Shown piece by piece: positions 1 through 12,400 of a stretch of 64,000 bases of DNA. A program made the position numbers and the translations under genes. This DNA comes from Tubulanus polymorphus (lineage: Eukaryota; Animalia; Nemertea). The stretch lies in assembly GCF_964204645.1 (NCBI RefSeq), contig NW_027437432.1:1-64000 (forward strand). Reading direction: 5' to 3'. The notes beneath the pieces were generated by a model. That model saw only the letters and a program-made list of their open reading frames with translations, was not told the DNA's origin and did not search any database. Each line of letters begins with the position of its first letter. Positions within the stretch are counted from its first letter, which is position 1.

Positions 1-770
1 CCTGTTTAATAGCTGTTCGTAGCTCTATCAATACCTGTTTAATAGCTGTTCGTAGTTTATCAATACCTGTTTAATAGCTGTTTGTAGCTCTATCAATACC
101 TGTTTAATAGCTGTTCGTAGTTTCTCAATACCTGTTTAATAGCTGTTCGTAGTTTATCAATACCTGTTTAATAGCTGTTCGTAGTTTATCAATACCTGTT
201 TAATAGCTGTTCGTAGTTTCTCAATACCTGTTTAATAGCTGTTCGTAGTTTCTCAATACCTGTTTAATAGCTGTTCGTAGTTTATCAATACCTGTTTAAT
301 AGCTGTTCGTAGTTTCTCAATACCTGTTTAATAGCTGTTCGTAGTTTATCAATACCTGTTTAATAGCTGTTCGTAGTTTCTCAATACCTGTTTAATAGCT
401 GTTCGTAGTTTCTCAATACCTGTTTAATAGCTGTTCGTAGTTTCTCAATACCTGTTTAATAGCTGTTCGTAGTTTATCAATACCTGTTTAATAGCTGTTC
501 GTAGTTTCTCAATACCTGTTTAATAGCTGTTCGTAGTTTATCAATACCTGTTTAATAGCTGTTCGTAGTTTATCAATACCTGTTTAATAGCTGTTCGTAG
601 TTTCTCAATACCTGTTTAATAGCTGTTCGTAGTTTCTCAATACCTGTTTAATAGCTGTTCGTAGTTTATCAATACCTGTTTAATAGCTGTTCGTAGTTTC
701 TCAATACCTGTTTAATAGCTGTTCGTAGTTTATCAATACCTGTTTAATAGCTGTTCGTAGTTTCTCAATA
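1..770. repeat. 32-bp minisatellite, about 24 copies in window; unit = TRABD exon end plus splice donor
   Basis: Unit cctgtttaatagctgttcgtagttt(a/c)tcaata. The last copy is the coding end of exon 740-880. Confidence 0.95.
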
Positions 771-2199
771 CTGATTGTTTTTGCTTCCTCCAGTAAAGTT
801 TTCTCATCCAATGAAAGAATACTAACTCTTCCTGGACATAATTCAACCATTACTATATCTGGTTTACATTCCTGAATCGTCTATTAATACAATAGAAAAA
901 ACAATCTTTGATTAATAATAACACGATTACGAGGAAAGAGAAAATTAATCAGATTTATGACGACACAGACCTGAGCTACATCGGCCTGACTCTCCTCACT
1001 GAAATGAGCAGTTCCTACAATATACACCTTACTGCCGTCTGCTGTCTCTAGCGTCGTGACGGTATCCGGTAAATTAGGATACTCAGGGCGTTCGATCGCT
1101 CGTTGAGACGGGAATAAATGATCCATCGCTGAATCCTGTTGATCATTATCTTCAATATCAGATTCATCACCGCTCTCAGCATCATCCTCATCTGAATTAT
1201 CATCTATTTCACTTTTATCATCAGTTTCCTCAACTGGTGTTAGTTCCTCCAATCTGGGTCCGTCTGGTCCGGGTCCGTCTGGTCCGGGTTTCTCTGGTCC
1301 GGGTTTCTCTGGTCCGGGTCCCTCTGGTCCGGGTTTCTCTGGTCCGGGTTTCTCTGGTCCGGGTTCCTCTGGTCCGGGTTTCTCTGGTCCGGGTTCTCGC
1401 GCTGTGTGGTTTGCATTGTTTTCCAGACTTGTTTTTAAATGTTTCTCACTCAACGTTTTAACTTCATCTTAAAAACAATATCAATCATTTTAAATATTTG
1501 ATTCACCCTGTGACACTCACCGCATCTTCCAGAGGGTGACCCTCACTACCACCACACTGATGGTACGAGGGTCACAACTTATACCCAGACAGACAGCAAT
1601 ATGATCCTCCTCTCTCATTCTATAGGATACCTCTTATTAAGCTAAAGGGGTAAACAAGTAAGTATTGGACTAGAAGATACACAATATCCGTGTATGATGA
1701 TAACGAGAGAAATCCCACAATAACGAAGTCAAGATTGAAAAATTATATATCACAATGATTGTATTTGAGATATCTGATATAGAATTTTTCAATCTTTACT
1801 TTGTTATTGTGGGATTCCTCTCGGTAAACAAGTCGGTCTCTATCTACTAGCCCGGGCTAATACTAACTAGTCAGTAACCTGTCTGTGGTTTAGTTTCACG
1901 ATAGCATATTTTCACAACCCTCATAGTATAAGCCAATCCGATTATAAAAAGCTTACCACCAACAAGGAGTAACTAACTAGCCCGGGCTAGGCATCGATCG
2001 ATTGGATCAGCTGTTCACATCTATCTATCATCATCCGGATCGACATCTGTTCATCATCAATTAGCAGAGATTAATTTTGTAAGTCTCTCCCCGGCCCGAG
2101 AATGACCACGGTAAGTGGTATTACAGGCCGGGCTCCAGGTGTTCCATAGTTGCTTCGTGATTTAGGTCTTAATTAAGTATAATTACCCGTAATTTCCAT
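740..2199 (-). CDS. TRABD: TraB domain-containing protein, 5' part (coding exons 2187-2199, 971-1467, 740-880; gene continues beyond window start)
   Basis: The spliced translation MEITD-EVKTLSEKH...LPDTVTTLETADGSKVYIVGTAHFSEESQADVAQ|TIQECKPDIVMVELCPGRVSILSLDEKTLLEEAKTISIEKLRTAIKQ carries the TraB-family motifs VGTAHFS and PDxVxVELC. GT-AG junctions are phase-compatible. The 13-nt first coding exon is inferred. Confidence 0.9.
1254..1397 (-). repeat. 15-bp coding repeat, (EKPGP)n-type, in TRABD N-terminus
   Basis: About 9-10 copies of tctggtccgggtttc, in frame in ORF 884-1453. Confidence 0.9.
1704..1823. mobile_element. Fold-back/MITE-like hairpin in TRABD intron 1
   Basis: About 48-bp inverted repeat (cgagagaaatcccacaataacgaagtcaagattgaaaaatt...aatttttcaatctttactttgttattgtgggattcctctcg) with 4 mismatches. 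Confidence 0.6.
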
Positions 2200-3487
2200 T
2201 GTTTATTAAACAATATGCTGCCGTTAGTTCACAACAGGGTTTTCCCAATTACGTCATTCAGGGTTCCCGAAACATGACGGCATCGCTAGTGAATGGATAT
2301 CCCGCAGAGGAGGGTGGCAGCACCGTCTAGACTGTTACTAATTTCCCACAATTAACTAAGCCAAGGTGACTTATTCTCTTGGATCTAGTTTATTTAACCA
2401 ATGATATTCATGTATAAATAAAGAAAAATTATAGGACGGAAACAACAATTATATTCGACAATTTCATATATCACAGATCTCTGATATTAAAACAATTATA
2501 CAATTTATCATATATAAATATCATCATTACAAATAAATAAATAAAAGACTTATCCTAAAACTGGCACCAATAAAACAAAACAAAAGAAAAATAGTCAAGA
2601 TTCTAAAATCCGAATGTCTCGGAGCAATGAAGCTATAATGGGAGCTTATTCCTTAAGAAAAATAAAATATAATTCCAGTATTTAACAACCTCCACACTGC
2701 CCCGACGCGAGACATTTTCTAGTAAATAGTTAGTTCCATGGTTTAGTAGAAAATATATAACAGGATTTGTAAATTTTTTATAACCAAAAACCCAGTGAAT
2801 TCATTATAGAGAGACTGATATTGTTTTAAGGCTGAATACATTCAAGTTTAACCCTTAGATGCTAATCGAATGTGAATGATGAGGCCTAGTATATGCCAGG
2901 CGACAGTGGTCAGCGTGTGAGAGGGGTTACTGTACAGAGTGCTAGCAACAGCCCAGCCCGCTGCGCTCGAAGGCTTCTACTGAGGGCGCTAGCTGCAGAT
3001 GGTGGTCTAACGTAACATTACAATTGTTGTCTAAAAACCTAATTTCTACTACGAGCAAATAAACACATAATATCAATATTACAGTGTATTACATTTAGTA
3101 CAATGTATAATGATGTATTACGCTGTATTACAATGAATTACATGTTGTTCAGTTTTCACGATATTGAAACAAATACCGATTATAAATACATAAAATCTGT
3201 ATTCAAAATGTATACAATTTTTCCTTTATCAATATCAAAACCAATAAAATGAATACAAATTACATTTTTTCATGAATAAATTATCTAAATATCTATATTT
3301 GATATTTCTAGGTCATGTGACGAGCTGAAACATGTGCGACTGACATGTACATGTTTTATTATGTTGTATTTCCCTAAAGTAAAGAGAATTGGGAGCAAAA
3401 ATCGGTGACAAGACACAGAGAAATATAATAAACACCCAAGTCATCGGCAAACAGTTTAACAACTCATTGAAATTCTTCTCTCCTTAA

Positions 3488-6400
3488 TCAATATCGATCT
3501 TTTCTCATTTTTCTAGTTTTTGTTGCCAGGGGTGACTGGAATTTCTCTAAATAAGGACTCGTTAATTGAGCGTTTAAATTTCCTGAAGCTGAAAACGGAC
3601 GTTTATTTACAGATAGTTTATCTTTCCTCGCGCTGGTGCTGCCACCGGCTCCGCTCCGAGATTTACTACTCTTGATAAATAGTTTTGGCGACCCGCTGTT
3701 GCTCATACCGCTGTGTTTCGGGGATGTTAAACCATCGCGACTGTGACCGTTTATGAATCCGTTGCTAGGCTGCGGATGTAGTGTCGTTATAGCGGGAGTC
3801 GAATGCTCACTAGAGGGCGTATGAATCAGTAAACTCGCAGTTTTCTTACGATATTTTGACATATCTGAAATTATAGGTTTTTAGTTTATAGAATTTCTGG
3901 TGAATTTGAAGCGATCAGATCGAGAGAACTGGACCGATATATTACCGAGGAATTCTGAAGTGATATCAGTACTAGCGCCATCTATATCATCTAAACCATC
4001 TACTTCAGTCATCGTCGTGTAAAGTGTCTGATCGAGAAATGCAGAAAATGACGAATAATCAAAACTGCAGTTACGACCTTGCCATACGAGATTATCTGAA
4101 ATATTTAAAATTAAAGATCAGTCTTAGACCATGGGTTATAGATGATTGTTCATGATATCGCGAGGCAGGTTAATTTATACATTTCACTTACTTTGTGGAT
4201 ACATAATAGTAATGTACGGAACTCCTTGAATCTTTAATTTCTTACTCAAATCCTGATCTTTTCTTCCTTTAGAAGGCGTGCTTTTCGGAGTAGAAGGATC
4301 TTTATTATCTAATCCTACGATTTGACCGGTTGTATGTCTGATTATTACGTCATCTCTCCAACCATTCTTCATTAGAACGTGAATCAATTCCTGACGTTCA
4401 GCGATTATATTACTGTCTAAACCAACGGCAACCGTCAGGAAATTGCACTGAAAATCATTTATTTGAATCCAGTTTCATGAAAACAGAATTGAAATACAAT
4501 GAGTAATAAACAGAAATGTTAACTTACAGTTGTGTATTTCTCTTTAGCGAATTTGAAGAAGTAACTGGCAACTTTCATCGAAGCCAAACACCTGAAATAC
4601 AATCAAATAACACGAATAAATGAGGTTTCACGAAGGCCACTCACTTCCCCTCAGAGAACCGTAGCTCTCCTTCCTCGCACAGGAAACGTTCACTTACCAG
4701 TGAGTCCAGAATAAGATGACTGTTGGTTTATCGGTATTACCAGCAATCATCGGTTTAAATTCTCCATCAAATACATCTCTTAAAGCGCAGGGTGGTGCGG
4801 GTACGGGCTGTGAGAGGGCGCCCTGGTGAATCGGACGGTTTGGCGTGTGCATCTCCATCCTATATGTATCTGGATAGTGACAGCAGCCTTGTGACGGAAA
4901 CCTACAAACATAAACAATATCATTGCAGTCACTGTAGTAAATACTGATGTCATACAGGCATTCAAAATATGAAGAGACCTTAATTTCAACATGAAACATC
5001 AGTTGAATTTGTAGAATATCTCAAATTTTCAAAAAAAAAACTTTTGAGGAAATGAATATTTATAAGTAGAACTTACTTGGATTCTTTATTGTGCATATTA
5101 TTGAGACAGTAGAATGAGAATGGTTGGAATGGATGTGTTAATAATTCGACTATATTTGACTCGACACTGTTTGCGTGTGGTTTATCAGCTATTGCTATCA
5201 TACTCAATCTGTGACTAGGTTCACCTAAATTCAACTACAAAACAAACAATTCATTTATACAACAGTTGCATATTCAGTTATGGTAACAATGCTTAAATCA
5301 AGGAATTCTTTTGAAGAACCTTTGAAAGAAGAAATGTATGTATGACCTGATCGATTGAAATGTTAGTCGTGATCTGCGTGATCCAAGATGGCCACCAGTA
5401 ATTCTACACTTACCTTGATTCTGACAGTTTTGATGCCAGCGTGTAAAGTACAACCATACTGTTTACCATCAACCAGTACTTTATAACCACTGACATTTAT
5501 ATCTGCATTACTCTGAGGACATTGCCAACTGACATGTGCCAACAGGTGACCTGAAAGAACAACAACAAACAGACCTCATACAGTTTGTGAGGGTTTCAGT
5601 TGCTTATTAACCAGCGGACCTAGATAAAGTGATGCTGCACATTTAACTGCTTCAACTTTTGAGGGGAGGGGAGGGGGAACAGGAGGAGGGGTGTCTGTTA
5701 AATGTATAGTTCAATCATTTGAAATGAAGTTATCTCGAGTCAAATGGTATAAACTAAAAACTGTGTATTTTGATTGTCTAATCTACGAACCTGTATAATG
5801 AGCTAATGATGAGAAACAATCCTCTAACATGTCTTCAACAAGCACCAGACTTTCATTTACTTTAGAACCAACCTAAAAAAATATAAAATATTTCATTAAC
5901 CAACGATTTCATTCGATGAGTTCCAAATCAGTCTCAGAAATGTCAAAATTCATTTTACCTCAGAATCGAGTTTCTTCGATGATTTATTTAAAGTCAACAA
6001 TCGATCTCGTTTATTCAATAAATCACACGTGATTTTCTCGATTCGTCTGCGCTCTTCTAAACCGACGACGGTGATAGCAATAACCGGCGGATCCGGACTT
6101 AAAGCCGGTTGGATCGAGATCGACTCCGACCGACTAATTTCACTCGTTCCGTGAACCTAAACAATAACATCGAAAACCAAAATTCAAAATAACTGTCAAA
6201 TGGATCTAAAAATAGTAACTAACATCCAGCCCCCCCCCCCTTGAAGTCTCTCTCAAATAAACTAGAAAATCAATACTTACCAGAACCTCAAGATGCACCC
6301 TGTAAGTTCCTTTCTTTAGATTCTTTAATTCAGCGACTCTAGTTTCAGGATGAATCGGACTAACAGTCTGTACAACTTTATCAGTTCCTTCTTCCGTACA

Positions 6401-9400
6401 ATACAACTAGAAATTATTGATATAACATGAAACCATTTACAAATAGCAAAAACTACCAGGGGAGAGTAACAGTAATAGTTGAGTGATTTTACCTTAAACT
6501 GTTTAATTTTGACACCTCCCGTGCAGTAAGGATCAGTCCAGCGAACTCTTACAGCATTTCCTGTGATACTTTCAGCTTGTGTTAACATCGGTGCTTTTAC
6601 TCCGGGCCACGTGACAAATAACGGTTCTGACGGTTTACTGTGTAGTTTCTCATTAATACATAACGCCTATAAACATAAACACATGTGAAATACATAACAT
6701 CCACTTACACAACATCCACAACTGTGGAACTGTGGAGTCCAGAACTGACAATATATACCTGTATCTGGAATGCGTATTCCATGCACCATTTTCCGTGTGT
6801 AAATGTATAAGTGAGTTGATCAGGTCCGAGCATGGCTTCAACAACTCCATTTACAAACACTTTAAACCCACTAATAACACCCTCACCATACGTATTAATC
6901 TTATCCCATTCAATCGCGATATATTTGAAGTTACAAGCTCTGAAAAAAATATTTGAAAAATTCGATGAATAGCTTAGAGAGGAGAGAAGGGGGAGAGAGG
7001 AAAGAGAGAGGAGAAAGAGAGGAGAAAGAGTAGGTACCTGAGAGATAGAACTGGTGTATCTGGTGGAGCTGAAGTCTGAACTACAATCCGTGATGATTTC
7101 TCTAATACATCTTTATCTTCACCCAAAACGAGTAAATGAATAAAATGATTTGTTCCCGGGAAACAACCATTAATGATGCAATGCTGCTGATTGGATGCAA
7201 CCGTTACTTCTTTTTGCTGAAATAAACATGTCGAAAAATGTATCAGACATTCCACGTGTCAGTTACAACTGAGTCCACAGATCCACGTGTCAGTAACAAC
7301 TGAGTCCACAGATCCACGTGTCAGTTACACAGACTCGGGTAAATCAGACATTGTACAAACCATTGGTTGTGCCATACTGCTCCATTGTACTTTATAACCA
7401 GTAACTCCCTCTGGTGTTATATATCCGGACCAATCGAGATGAATCGAATCATCGGTTGTTTGTATTGATTTTAATGGAATGATGTCGTGATCTTCCTCAG
7501 CAGACGTATATTCTGAGAGATGTAAGCTGCCAGCTTCTGGTAGATAGCTAGCGCCGTCTTGTGTACTGATATATAACGTATTAGACAGTGCCGATTCACT
7601 TCCCGATTCATTTATAGCGATTAGATTCACTTTATAATGTCGATTCGCGCGGCACGGAATCACTGCTTTATGGTGTTTATGAGTCAATGATTTACCAACT
7701 CTTTTATCGTCTAAAAGCAACTGTGGATAAAATAGATTCATACTTAGTTAAAAATCAACAGCAGCCGCAGTGAGAGGGACAGGGTCAGGGTCTGGGGCTG
7801 GGTTAGAGTTAAGGGTTAGGGGAACAGTGATTGTTTCTAACCTGATATCCTTTGATTTTATTTTGTCCATGAATTCGAGGTTCTCCCCAAACAATACTGA
7901 ATTCATCACTTTCAATCGAGCGTAAAAATATCTCCGGAGCAGTGGCGACACCTGGTATCAGTACTTGTAAGTGCGGATAATTCGGCGTGGTCGATTCTTT
8001 TTTATGGATCACTTCTAAACCGAGTTCATAAATGCATCTACAACAAGAACATGTCAAACTCAGACCAATTTCTTAGTGTAAAATCATTCAGTTTAGTTGT
8101 ATCAATATTTTATACCTGTCCTCATTCACAGCTATTGAACATCTATTCACATTAGAATCTAATACTTTACTCTTTACGACTGGTTTCTGTTTATTGTAAT
8201 AATTCACACGGAATTGTTTGATTTTATCGTTTTGTTCGTGTATTTTCCAATCGAAGTAAATTTCACCTCCGCCGGTTTGAGTCGCGGATCTAGGAACAAA
8301 TACAGCACTCATTTCAGAAATACAACCTGAAAATAGAGAGACCAGAAAACTGGGTCAACTGTGAGATAACTAAAAGAAAACTGGGTCAACTGTGAGATAA
8401 CTAAAAGAAAATTGGGTCAACTGTGAGATAACAACAAGAGAACTGGGTCAACTGTGAGATAACAACAAGAGAACTTGGTCAACTGTGAGATAACAACCAG
8501 AGAACTGGGTCAACTGTGAGATAACAACAAGAAAACTAGGTCAACTGTGAGATAACAACCAGAAAACTAGGTCAACTGTGAGATAACAACCAGAAAACTA
8601 GGTCAACTGTGAGATAGATGTTCTGGTGATGTGAATAGCATTCAAATTAACACGATTGTGAAATTGATATTAATGAATAAATCTCTCTTACCGGGATAAA
8701 GTTCAGGTATCGACACTGACACAGATTCAGACATCGATTCATCATTTTCTATTTGTTCATCTCCAGAAAGACTGACGAAACTGGTGCGAGAAATAGAGTC
8801 ATCTGTACCGGAACTAATTACAGCATCTTCACCATTCATCTGTTTATAAATATTACAATTAGAAGCACATCACCCTATGACATCACTATATCAACCTATG
8901 ACATCACAACTGACCTTTCTCTTGCGATCTTTCTTCACCTCATCGACGCACGTTACAGCTGTTAATACAATACTGTATGTTTTACCTCCTCTACATTTAG
9001 TGAGAGTACACGTCTGAGCGAGAGGTGATAAACATCGGTGGAATTTACCGTTAATAATCAGTTTATAACCCTGTAACGAACGTTGTAGTAACCGTGGTGA
9101 CCCGTCACACCGATATTTACCGATTACAGAGTATAAAACTGGTTTATTCCACGCAAGTTGTATCGTATTCTGCGTGTAACCACGGATACCGATTACGGGC
9201 TGTTCGCACGGAGCTCGCGTACGTATAAACAACGAACTCGAAACGACGTGAGTCGTCCGTCTGTTCATCATTTCAGTCGTCGTCGACGACGATGAGTCCA
9301 TTGTTGTTTTAACGCTAACGATCGCCTCGACGACGATTTTATACCGAATTCCGGGCAGTAAATTAACGATCGATATCGTATTATCACCGGGATTTAGATT

Positions 9401-12400
9401 CATGTGATCGGCTGTATTTAATTCATCTTGTTTACGAGGATATAACGGAGCCTCGGACCACCGGACGATCTGACCTAATAAACGATTCGATCCATAAACG
9501 GTCGGTGGTTTCCAACGGATAACGATACAATCAGTATGTATTTGATCGGCTGATAGGTTATAGGGCGCGTCCGTTCCCGAGGTTAGAGCAATAACGGTAG
9601 CCTGCGGCAACCAACGATTGTCTTTCGGGATTAAACTGAAATCTTGCGGTAATTTCTGAAGTCGTTTCGTCTCGTCGCGATCGGGAAGTTCGTAAAAGAA
9701 TTCTTCGGTTACCGTGGTGATCGTAACAATGTGTTCTACGCGTTCTCCGAGATTCTCGATCGTACAACTCGTCGCGTCCGGCAACAGATCTAACGTTACT
9801 ATCTCAGGATTTGTCGCCATAGGAACGCAATCAACTCTCAAACCTACAAATAACAATCAAATCAGTTATCTATTTTCAAACTGAGCAGTTTGAGAACTGA
9901 AGAGTTTTAAACTGATTTATACCGATGACTTCAACTCCGTGCTCTTTAGGTGGATCCCAGGCTAGTTGAATACTGTGACACGTTGTAGCTGTGACTCCGA
10001 TATTTTTAGGTGGATGCGGAGGCCTAGCCGTGTGAATATTCAATTTATTTGATTTTCCAGTTAGAATTAACGTGTTATTTCCGTTCTCAACGAGGTTCCC
10101 ATCAACATCTACAACAATACAATCACACGAGTTTACTGTAATGTTTGATATTTTAGATGGATTATAGAAATGAATTGTAGAGTGATTACGGTAATCTGTC
10201 TACCTTCATCATAAGCCGAATAAGATCTGGTGCTTCTTCCTTCTATGATCACCGTATAAGTTGTGTCCGATTTTAGATCATCTAACAACAAGTGATCCTC
10301 TAAAAACAATGAGAGAGATTGAGAAAATCAAGGAGCTGCAACAATAAGGAGGAGATGGAAGGAATGTTAGAACAAACCTGATGTAATCTGACTGTTAATA
10401 TCTAATTCGGGTTGGTCCCCTGGCCACCATGTGACTTCATAACTCTCAGGAGCTACGAAGTGAGCCTGCGGTTTGTTAGCTATAAATAAACACATCTCAG
10501 CGAGATTAGACAATTATTGAAATAATAATAGAATTGATTGAGACAACAATGTGAATCACAGTGAGTACTTACATGTATTCCAGACAATGAATGCTGAATG
10601 ACCGGTAACTGTTTCACACCACACTTTAGACGGTGGTTGTACTAACCCTGTGTAGTGAACTGACAGTTTAGGTCCTGCCTTACAAGCTGTATACTGATCA
10701 TGTTTAATATTATCTGTAAAAACATCGATGAAATAATCTTAAAATATCTGAAAATATGGAGTATCATTCATCAGTTTACAGAGAGATTGTTGCTATGGAG
10801 CCAAATTTAGAGTGAAAGAAAGTTTGCTAAGTTTAGTAGTGTTCAGTATTAGAACACGCAGTTCCACAGTTCATCGTTGATATTTGACTGTATAGAGTTT
10901 AAACATCGAACATTAACTGTTTCTAACTAAACCGAGAATTGTAGAAGAATTAACACTAATCAATGCCTGGTTTATAAGTTTACCCCAGTCATCTCCGTTC
11001 TCTAATTTCTCATTGCCCTGACCGACTGGATGTTCCGTCAATGCTATCAGTTGTAAAACGACTTTATCACCGAGTTCAACATCTTTAATAGTGAAATTCT
11101 GTACATCGGGAGGAACCACTGAACCATACAATTTACCATTCTTTAATATCTGATAACCCTGAAAATATACAATTTAAAATCCATCCAGATTTAGTGAACA
11201 CAACACGTTGAATATTTCCAGTTTCCAGGGCCTTCAAATTCCCTGATTTGTTCTCGAGGTTTTTCCTCGTCAAACAGACACCTCTCTAGTGATCTATACT
11301 AGGAGGGTACTCTACAATCACGAGATACTCACAGATACTCTAGCGTCTCCGTATTGCTGCGGTGTTTGCCACGTGAGATGAATGCCCTCAGTATCGAGAC
11401 CCTCAATTCGTAAGTTTGGAGATTGCGGTGGTGCTGAACTGACAACAGTGATTACATTAGACAATTGACTCTCAGATACACAATAAACGTGATCAGTTTT
11501 ATTATCGGTCTTCGAGTAACCTGCATACGCCTGGAAAATACAAAAACACTAAACCATCAATAATATTTCTAAAACAAACTCTTCGGCCTAGAGTCAGAAA
11601 TGGTTGAATTCAGGGAAGATTTGAGAAATATTTGACCTTCACTGAGACTTCGTAAGCTTGTCCCGGGATAAGATCGGTCAGATAATACTGATAACCATTC
11701 TTATCAGCCGTATTAACAGATTTCATTTCACCGTGCCATTTCCCATCTACAAATATCCTACAAATAGAAAACGCAATCCCGGTCAGACAAGCTTTATCTC
11801 CTCTACCCGTCGTAGAGCTACAGCCGAGCATTCGGCAATTTTGAAGGTCTTTTGAAATATCTCATAGCAAATAAAATTAACAATTTTATAATAGGCCACA
11901 GATATATTCTTGTGTTCCTAGAATAAGATGTTTCATCGATATTTCTGAAACACTGGATGAAGTACTCACTTGTAGTAAGAGACATCCTCTAATCGGGGAA
12001 TACCTCCCGCTGTCGGTTTATCCCAACCAATCACAACCACTCCTTTTTTAAACGAAGGTTGTTGACAGATGAATGTCGGGGGTGGAACGTTCGGACATGT
12101 TACTTGTATAGTTTTAGACGGTAGACTATTCCCTACTGCGTGATCAGTAGTAGCTATCACTTGAATGTTTTTCGTGGTTCCTAAAATATCAAAATATTCA
12201 GAAATCATTCGAAATTCATCAATTCTAAAATATTGAAGGGAAAGATGGATTAAACACCGAGAGTTACATAAATAATCATATACAACAAGAGTAGATGATG
12301 ATAAACTGACCTGGTTGAAGACTATCAATAACAGTTCTAGTAACTTTAGGATTCAGTTTCTCACCAAGTTGTTGACCATCGACCATTATCATAAAACCAG

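Noticed and set aside
4579-4700. Selenoprotein reading of the thioredoxin motif
   Set aside because: The active-site codon is TGT (Cys), with no in-frame TGA in the motif.
8340-8615. CRISPR-like appearance of this and other arrays
   Set aside because: Units are head-to-tail with no unique spacers, there are no cas genes, and the context is eukaryotic introns.
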